Source: Candidatus Saccharimonadales bacterium
GTDB taxonomy: Bacteria > Patescibacteriota > Saccharimonadia > Saccharimonadales > UBA10212
Assembly (NCBI GenBank): GCA_035717985.1
Contig: DASTHW010000013.1
Location: 7,656 to 71,655, forward strand
Length of the DNA stretch: 64,000 nt
Direction of reading: 5' to 3'
The stretch's first letter is position 1. Every line of letters begins with the position of its first letter. The position numbers and the translations under genes are program-made. Below, piece by piece: positions 57,816 through 64,000 of this stretch. A model generated the notes under the pieces. That model ran no database searches. It was given only the letters and a program-made list of their open reading frames with translations, and was not told the DNA's origin.

Positions 57816-58325
57816 CTAAAAGATGGTGAAGCGGGGGACTTTGATAGATAGCTGGGGCCGCGGCAGTTTGGCCAATTGAGTCCGCCAGGCCGGTTGGAGC
57901 CGTTTTGCCCGGGTACTGGTTTTAACCTGAGCTTTAGCCTTGGCCTTGGCTTTAGCAAAGACAGTAACCGGCAGGCTTTTAGCACAAAGGATTATCCCAA
58001 TCTCTAAGAGAAACATAGTATCTAGCGGCTGTACCCAGCCGTATAAAAATGAGCCCATGGCGGTATCGAGCCCGGCTATTAGACCAAAAGCGATTACCGC
58101 TAGCCCGGCGCTTAGAAAATACTCGCGGGTTTTGTCGCTAAAACGGTGAGTGTTAAAACTTAGCCAAACCAGCCCAGCCGCCAGCAAGACGCGTACGACG
58201 GCTACAAATATATTTAGCGAGGCAAAAGCAAACAGCAGACTATGGCTATGCGCCAGCGACATGTAGAAAAAGCCTAACTGGGCCAACAGTAATACAACAC
58301 TAATAACCTTGCTGGTTCTAGCCAT
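57816..58325 (-). CDS. membrane hypothetical protein with basic tail
   Basis: About four hydrophobic segments; SD AGAGGA. Confidence 0.7.
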   Translation of the reverse strand: MARTSKVISVVLLLAQLGFFYMSLAHSHSLLFAFASLNIFVAVVRVLLAAGLVWLSFNTHRFSDKTREYFLSAGLAVIAFGLIAGLDTAMGSFLYGWVQPLDTMFLLEIGIILCAKSLPVTVFAKAKAKAKAQVKTSTRAKRLQPAWRTQLAKLPRPQLSIKVPRFTIF

Positions 58326-58504
58326 TTATTTCCTCTGGTTCCTGATTAACGGTTCTAGATACATGGTATCAGTGGCCCACCGGCTAACTCAGCGACAAAA
58401 CTTACTAGACAAGAGTTAAAATTATTACTCTTATAATCATTATTGGTTTAGTTTGAGGCCCAAGTTAAACTATACTTAGCCAGTAAGGGAGGCTATCCGC
58501 CGAA

Positions 58505-58915
58505 GTGCTGAACGAGTTTAAGAAATTTATCCTACGCGGCAATGTGGTTGATTTGGCCGTCGGCGTGGTAATTGGCTCGGCCTTTAACGGCGTAGTTCAG
58601 GCGCTGGTTAAAGATATGATTACGCCTATTATCTCGGCTATCGGCGGCGGTAAGCACTTTGCTAATGCCAGCTTTACGATTCATAACAGCCAGTTTGCCT
58701 ACGGCGATTTTATTAACACTATTATTTCGTTTTTGCTGATTGCGGCGGCTGTCTTTTTCTTGGTGGTTCAGCCCATTAATAAACTGACTCAGCTGGCCAC
58801 GCGTGATCGTGATACAGACGAGCCGACGACTAAAAAATGCCGGTTTTGCTTTAGCGAAATTCCGGCTCAGGCCGTCCGCTGTAAGTTTTGTACTTCGAAA
58901 TTAGAAGAGTCTTAA
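58505..58915 (+). CDS. mscL: large-conductance mechanosensitive channel with C-terminal CxxC-CxxC
   Basis: FKKFILRGNVVDLAVGVVIG.AF, YGDFI; CRFC...CKFC. Confidence 0.95.
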   Translation: MLNEFKKFILRGNVVDLAVGVVIGSAFNGVVQALVKDMITPIISAIGGGKHFANASFTIHNSQFAYGDFINTIISFLLIAAAVFFLVVQPINKLTQLATRDRDTDEPTTKKCRFCFSEIPAQAVRCKFCTSKLEES

Positions 58916-58930
58916 GAAAGGCCAGCCAGC

Positions 58931-60370
58931 ATGCGCTTTTTGAATGATAACCAGCCCAACTATGAGCTGACTTATAACGACGTGTTTTTAGTCCCTAGCC
59001 ATAGTGACATTGATTCGCGGCTAGAGGTTGATCTAGCTAGCCCCGGCCCGATTGATACTCATCTGCCGCTAGTCGTCGCCAATATGAACGCAGTCGCCGG
59101 CAAGCGGATGGCCGAGACGGTAGCCCGCAGGGGCGGCCTAGCGGTTTTACCACAGGATATACCGCTGGAAGTACTGGCCGACATGATAGCTTACGTTAAA
59201 TCCCGGCATTTAGTCTTTGAGACACCCCTGACGCTGGGCGCCGATAACACCATCGCCGAGGCCTTGAATATCATCCATAAACGGGCTCATCAGGCCATAA
59301 TAATCATTGACAGCCGAGGCCGGCCGGTGGGCATTTTTACTAGTAGCGACTCAGCCGGTCATGATTTATTTAGCCAGGTAGGGCAGGTGATGAGTACAGA
59401 TTTAATTAGTCTACCGGCTAATCTGGCTCCAAAAGCTATGTTTGATAAATTGAGCCAGCAAAGATTAAACGTGGCGCCGGTGCTATCGGGCGGCAAAATG
59501 GTGGGTGTAGTCACTAAAAAAAGCATTTTGCGCTCTGGCCTTTACCAACCGGCAGTTGATAAGAATAAACGGTTAATGGTGGGCGCGGCCGTCGGCATTA
59601 ACGGTGATGTAGCTAAAAAGGTCGAGCAAGTCCTGCGCGCTGGGGCCGACGTACTGGTAATTGACACCGCTCACGGCCACCAGCAAAAAATGTGCGCGGC
59701 CATTAAAAAGGCACGAGCAGTTAGCACCCGCGTGCCGATTGTCGCCGGCAATGTGGTGACGGCCCAAGCCGTCCGCGATCTGGCCAAAGCCGGCGCCGAC
59801 ATCATAAAAGTGGGCGTCGGGCCAGGCGCGATGTGCACCACCCGAATGATGACTGGGGTTGGCCGGCCCCAGTTTAGTGCCGTGACGGAGTGCGCTAGCG
59901 CCGCCCGCGAGCTGGGCAAATACATCTGGGCCGACGGCGGTATCCGCTGGCCTAGGGACGTGGCGCTGGCTCTAGCGGCTGGCGCCTCCAGTGTAATGTT
60001 TGGCTCCTGGTGGGCTGGCACTTATGAAAGCGCCGCCGACATCCAGGCTGATAGTCAAGGACGATTGTTTAAAGAAAACTTTGGTATGGCCAGTAAGCGG
60101 GCTGTCAAAAACCGGAACGCCGGCCAAGCGGCCTATGATCAAGCCAAGCGCGAATTATTTGAAGAAGGTATCAGTAAAAGCCAGATGTTTTTGCACCCAG
60201 AGAGACCCGGCGCCGAAGATATCATCGACCATATCATTGCCGGGCTCAGAAGTTCGATGACTTACGCCGGAGCTAGAACTATCGAGGAATTTGCCCAAAA
60301 GGCGGTAGTCGGTGTGCAGTCAGGAGCCGGCTACGAAGAGGGCAAAGCCCTGCCGGCCAGCTGGAATTAA
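58931..60370 (+). CDS. GuaB1-type IMPDH/GMP reductase family protein
   Basis: LTYNDVFLVP, ANM.AVAGKRMAET, CBS pair, DTAHGHQ, GVGPGAMCTTRMMTG. Confidence 0.92.
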   Translation: MRFLNDNQPNYELTYNDVFLVPSHSDIDSRLEVDLASPGPIDTHLPLVVANMNAVAGKRMAETVARRGGLAVLPQDIPLEVLADMIAYVKSRHLVFETPLTLGADNTIAEALNIIHKRAHQAIIIIDSRGRPVGIFTSSDSAGHDLFSQVGQVMSTDLISLPANLAPKAMFDKLSQQRLNVAPVLSGGKMVGVVTKKSILRSGLYQPAVDKNKRLMVGAAVGINGDVAKKVEQVLRAGADVLVIDTAHGHQQKMCAAIKKARAVSTRVPIVAGNVVTAQAVRDLAKAGADIIKVGVGPGAMCTTRMMTGVGRPQFSAVTECASAARELGKYIWADGGIRWPRDVALALAAGASSVMFGSWWAGTYESAADIQADSQGRLFKENFGMASKRAVKNRNAGQAAYDQAKRELFEEGISKSQMFLHPERPGAEDIIDHIIAGLRSSMTYAGARTIEEFAQKAVVGVQSGAGYEEGKALPASWN

Positions 60371-60443
60371 TTTTGCTCTAAAATAAACAAGTAAAATAGC
60401 TAACGGCAAGTTTGGCGGCCGCCTAGTTATTATTGGTACTATC

Positions 60444-61652
60444 TTGAAAACCACCAGCACTAAATTCCTGCTTATGCTGGGCATACCAGCATTTGGGTTG
60501 ACGTTTGCGGTAACTACACTTACGGCCTATTTACCGGTGTTTTTACACTCGCTGGTGAACCCAATTTTCGTCGGGTTGATTATTGGCGGCGAGGGCATTT
60601 TTAGCCTATTCATACCTTTTATCTTTGGTGTTTTATCCGATAGAGCCAAGACCGTAGCCGGCCGCTGGCACTACCTTGTGCCGGCCGTCGGTGCGATGGC
60701 CAGTGCTTTGATATTAATGGGTCTAATCCGCCATTTGGCTGTTATTGCGCCGATGGTAGCCTTGTTTTATCTTGGCTATTTTGCCTATCTGGCGCCGTAT
60801 TGGGCCACTTATCCGGATATTATCGATAAGGCTCATGCCGGCCGGTCGCGCAGTGCCGAGAGCGTATGGCGGGTAACAGGAGCCTTTTTTGCCCTAGTCG
60901 GGAGCGGCTTTTTGCTTAGCGCCTGGAAACCTTTGCCGTTTATTGTCAGTGCCGGCTTGGTGGTAACTGTAACCCTAATTTTTGGCTGGATAATTAAAGG
61001 TTATTACCGTACACCAATTAAAACGGAGGATCGGCAGGTAACCACAGCCGCCCGTCAATCTTGGCGGCTGTTAAAAAGCCACAGCAATATTAGAAATCTA
61101 CTGATTGCTAATGCCCTTTGGAACGCCACTTTGCAGTCTATCCAGGCTTTTACGGTGTTATTTTTTACTCAAGGCCTGCACCGCTCTACCAGCTTTGTCT
61201 CGGGCGTTATCTTTCCGATAGCGGCTATTGGTCTGCTTATCATGGCGCCCATAAGCGGTAAGCTGGCTGACCGCTATAGCCACTACCGGGTACTGCTGAT
61301 TGCTTGTTTAATTTATGGGCTTGGCGATTTACTACCGGTTTTCTCGCAAGCTTCTGTAATCATCCTGATAATTCCGCTTGTCTCAGGCGCGGCGGCCACA
61401 GTAATGACACTGCCGTACGCGGCACTAATGCGGCTGATGGGCAAAGAACACCACGGCGCATTGTCCGGCTTATTTGGGGTGAGCCGCGGCATTGGCACCT
61501 TTTTGGGGCCGCTGTTAACCGGTGTGACGGTGGTGGTAGCCAGTAATATCTTTAAGAGCACCAACGGCTGGGCCGGAATGTGGCTGGCCTGCGGTTTATT
61601 TATGCTGGTCAGCCTGCTGTTTTTCATGCGCCTGTCGCCAAAAGCTATCTAG
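60444..61652 (+). CDS. MFS transporter
   Basis: About 12 TM segments, G.LSDR and GKLADRY motifs. Confidence 0.9.
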   Translation: MKTTSTKFLLMLGIPAFGLTFAVTTLTAYLPVFLHSLVNPIFVGLIIGGEGIFSLFIPFIFGVLSDRAKTVAGRWHYLVPAVGAMASALILMGLIRHLAVIAPMVALFYLGYFAYLAPYWATYPDIIDKAHAGRSRSAESVWRVTGAFFALVGSGFLLSAWKPLPFIVSAGLVVTVTLIFGWIIKGYYRTPIKTEDRQVTTAARQSWRLLKSHSNIRNLLIANALWNATLQSIQAFTVLFFTQGLHRSTSFVSGVIFPIAAIGLLIMAPISGKLADRYSHYRVLLIACLIYGLGDLLPVFSQASVIILIIPLVSGAAATVMTLPYAALMRLMGKEHHGALSGLFGVSRGIGTFLGPLLTGVTVVVASNIFKSTNGWAGMWLACGLFMLVSLLFFMRLSPKAI

Positions 61653-61718
61653 TGGCTACCCGCACTCAATCGATTAAATAAACCAGCTCAGGCTCAGCTG
61701 GAAGAGCTGATCCTGGGC

Positions 61719-61795
61719 TGGTACGCGTGGCAGGATTTGAACCTACGACCTTCGGCTCCGCAAGCCGACGCTCTATCCAGCTGAGCTACACGCGC
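61719..61795 (-). tRNA. tRNA-Arg(GCG)
   Basis: GCGCGTGTAGCTCAGCTGGATAGAGC, anticodon arm TCGGC-TTGCGGA-GCCGA, CCA. Confidence 0.95.
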
Positions 61796-61878
61796 TTAAT
61801 TTGCTGACTAATGACAGCGATGACTGATTTTAACAGATTGAGGGGTTAATTTCCAGACGGGTAATAAAGTAGGACGGC

Positions 61879-62358
61879 CTAAAACCGCAGGCGGCGGCTC
61901 AGGCGGTCAATGCTATCAGCCCGCCGGTTTTTAATTGGCAGGTGATCGCCAATTATAGCCACTATTCGGTCTTCATCGCTCTCATCAAAATAGGCTGAAA
62001 CCGCCGGCATAAAACGCTTTAGCGGGTCCAGCACCAGGCTGGTTAGATCACCTTCACGGATGATTGAAAAAGTTTTAAATTGGCTCAAAGGATAAAATTT
62101 CTGGCCGGCTTTTAGACCCTGGGCCGATAGTTCGTAGTTAATTTGCTGAGGTTTCCAGTGAGCCACCGAGCCAACAATGGCGCCGGCTATGATGATAACT
62201 ACCGCGCCAAAAATATCCTTAGAAATAAAATAAACTAAGGCCGCCAGTACCGCGACCGATACCGCTAAACCCAGGTACCAGGCCGGGCCGCGCGGGTGGT
62301 CAATAAATTCGGAAGCTGTCCAAGAGATGGATGTATTTTTAGAGTTTTGATTAGCCAC
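61879..62358 (-). CDS. two-TM hypothetical protein
   Basis: W.A.EF..H.R...WY, two TMs, soluble C-terminal domain. Confidence 0.8.
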   Translation of the reverse strand: MANQNSKNTSISWTASEFIDHPRGPAWYLGLAVSVAVLAALVYFISKDIFGAVVIIIAGAIVGSVAHWKPQQINYELSAQGLKAGQKFYPLSQFKTFSIIREGDLTSLVLDPLKRFMPAVSAYFDESDEDRIVAIIGDHLPIKNRRADSIDRLSRRLRF

Positions 62359-62482
62359 TACCTACAAAATCCTTATGCTGTCATTGTAGCTTATTTAAGC
62401 TGGAGAGAGATAGCCGGCGTTCACCGTAGGAAGAAATCTTGCCCCATCAATAAAATAATCCGACCTTGGGCCGGAATTACTT

Positions 62483-62687
62483 ATTGGCGGAGAGGGAGGG
62501 ATTTTCGACCCACCCGTTAAAAAGCTTCCGCTTTTTACGGTCAGGCCCGTCTCGCCGCCGGCCCGGAACGGCCGGCAAGGCTCCGACTGTTCGAATCCCA
62601 CGCGAGCCAAGTAGTTGGCTCGCTTCGCCTCGTACCAATTTAAAAAGCCCGAATAGGGCTTATTAAATTGGCGGAGAGGGAGGGATT
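62483..62687 (-). repeat. tRNA-linked repeat: 21-bp duplication of tRNA-Ser(GCT) 3' end with structured spacer
   Basis: ATTGGCGGAGAGGGAGGGATT at 62483-62503 and 62667-62687. Confidence 0.85.
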
Positions 62688-62761
62688 CGAACCCTCGCGG
62701 GAGCTTTCGCCCCCCTATCGATTTAGCAAACCGACCCCTTCAGCCTCTTGGGTACCTCTCC
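62669..62761 (-). tRNA. tRNA-Ser(GCT)
   Basis: Anticodon arm TCGGT-TTGCTAA-ATCGA, long variable arm, CCA. Confidence 0.96.
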
Positions 62762-62973
62762 TCAACGTAACTTACGCCCTTGCCTCGTTTTGTCTTCTAA
62801 CCTTAGCCTATTGTCGCTCAATGACAAAAGCTTCGGCTTAGGGCTATTCTGCTCCTCCAAATTTGGAAGATCCTGCCCAGCAGATTCTTCCAAATTTGCT
62901 AAGCGTGAGGACGTGCGTAGGCTGAAAGCACTTTAGTTGTATAAAGTGCGGAAGCCGCAGTCACGGCCTAAGC

Positions 62974-63063
62974 TGGCGGAAGGGGTGGGATTCGAACCCA
63001 CGGTACCGTTTCCGGCACAATGGTTTTCAAGACCATCTCCTTAAACCGCTCGGACACCCTTCC
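62974..63063 (-). tRNA. tRNA-Ser(TGA)
   Basis: Anticodon arm ATGGT-CTTGAAA-ACCAT, long variable arm, CCA. Confidence 0.97.
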
Positions 63064-63134
63064 GTAAGTCAAGGGGCAATTAACTGACAAAGTATAGCAA
63101 ATAACACCTTAGCCAGCTAGGCTGGCTAGTATAT

Positions 63135-63830
63135 CTAGAGGCTTTTGGCAAAAACTAGAGCGTCTACAGCTCGGGCGCCGCCGACCCGCAAAACTCTAGC
63201 TGTCTCAGATAAGGTGGCTCCGGTAGTCACCACATCATCAATTAATAGAATATTGCGCCCGGCTATAACTACCGGCTTTTTTATGAAATAGCTACCCTTC
63301 GCCTGCTTTAGGCGGCTGGTCCGCCCGGCACCAACCTGGGCGCTGGAGCCCAGCCGCCCAAGAGCCTCAGCTCTTTCCATTTGAAGAATGGTGGCCAGCT
63401 TTTCGGCCAGCAGGGCGGTATGATCAAAGCCTCTTTGCCGGACGCGGCTGGCGGCCGTCGGAACCGGAATGAGCAAATAATTTTTGGCACATAACTGCTC
63501 GTCGCTATTTTGATCGAAAAGGGTTTGGGCCATTAGGCTAGCAATAGAGCTGGCACAGGCTCTTTGATGAGAGAACTTATATCTTTGGATTAATTTCTGC
63601 ACAGCGCTGTCGTAGCCGGCGCTAATAAAGACATGATTTGGCGACCCTTGGCGGCAGGCAGGGGGACAAACTTTAGAGCGCAGGCTCAGTTGGCCGCAGT
63701 GCCAACAGCGTTCGCCAAAGGGTACAATTTCGCTGAATTGGCAGGCCAGGCACAGCGGCGAACCCTCCGCCCCGCAGGTAACGCAAGTGGCCGGCGCCAG
63801 CCAGCTAATAGCTAGCTCTAGGAGGCTCAT
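63135..63830 (-). CDS. comF: ComF family amidophosphoribosyltransferase-like protein
   Basis: Double zinc ribbon, PVP....R...RGFD, LLIDDVVTTGAT. Confidence 0.92.
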   Translation of the reverse strand: MSLLELAISWLAPATCVTCGAEGSPLCLACQFSEIVPFGERCWHCGQLSLRSKVCPPACRQGSPNHVFISAGYDSAVQKLIQRYKFSHQRACASSIASLMAQTLFDQNSDEQLCAKNYLLIPVPTAASRVRQRGFDHTALLAEKLATILQMERAEALGRLGSSAQVGAGRTSRLKQAKGSYFIKKPVVIAGRNILLIDDVVTTGATLSETARVLRVGGARAVDALVFAKSL

Positions 63831-64000
63831 AATTTGGCCAATTGTGGACTACCTGGGGATAAATGTAAAAAGCCTGAGCTTAAGCCGCCAAGGATGTATA
63901 TAGTACTGCGCAGTGCTGTCTGCCGGGGCCGCTTCAGGGGTTATAACGCACTATTTTGGCCGTAATTTTGCCGGTTAAAGCGGTTTTTAGGCCTAGGCGG

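Noticed and set aside
62974-63063. Possible Sec or opal-suppressor tRNA
   Set aside because: The anticodon is UGA, which reads UCA (Ser); a Sec or suppressor tRNA would have anticodon UCA

Overview
64 kb of a reduced bacterial chromosome with standard genetic code, most consistent with Candidatus Saccharibacteria (CPR/Patescibacteria; this assignment is inferred from gene content and protein style). The backbone is housekeeping: ftsK, rnj, pnp-rpsO-truB, rpsT, holA, mutM, polA, dnaG-rpoD, argS, groES-groEL with a CIRCE operator, a murE-like ligase, tsaD, valS, a guaB1-type gene, comF, four tRNA-Ser genes and a tRNA-Arg(GCG). No integrase, transposase, CRISPR array or rRNA was seen. Top candidate system: three stand-alone GC-rich expression cassettes (about 11.2-11.7, 49.5-50.2 and 57.0-57.6 kb), each with an AT-rich TTG-N3-17bp-TATA(G/C)T promoter, a folded leader, a purine-rich RBS, an unrecognised ORF with G/C-ending codons and long GC hairpins. 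A second, divergent and possibly actinobacterial-like primary sigma factor sits in tandem with rpoD. Other notable items: two related ~173-bp palindromic elements in UTR positions, a tRNA-linked repeat, a candidate sRNA, and a split PEP-synthase/rifampin-phosphotransferase-like dikinase next to nucleotide-handling enzymes.
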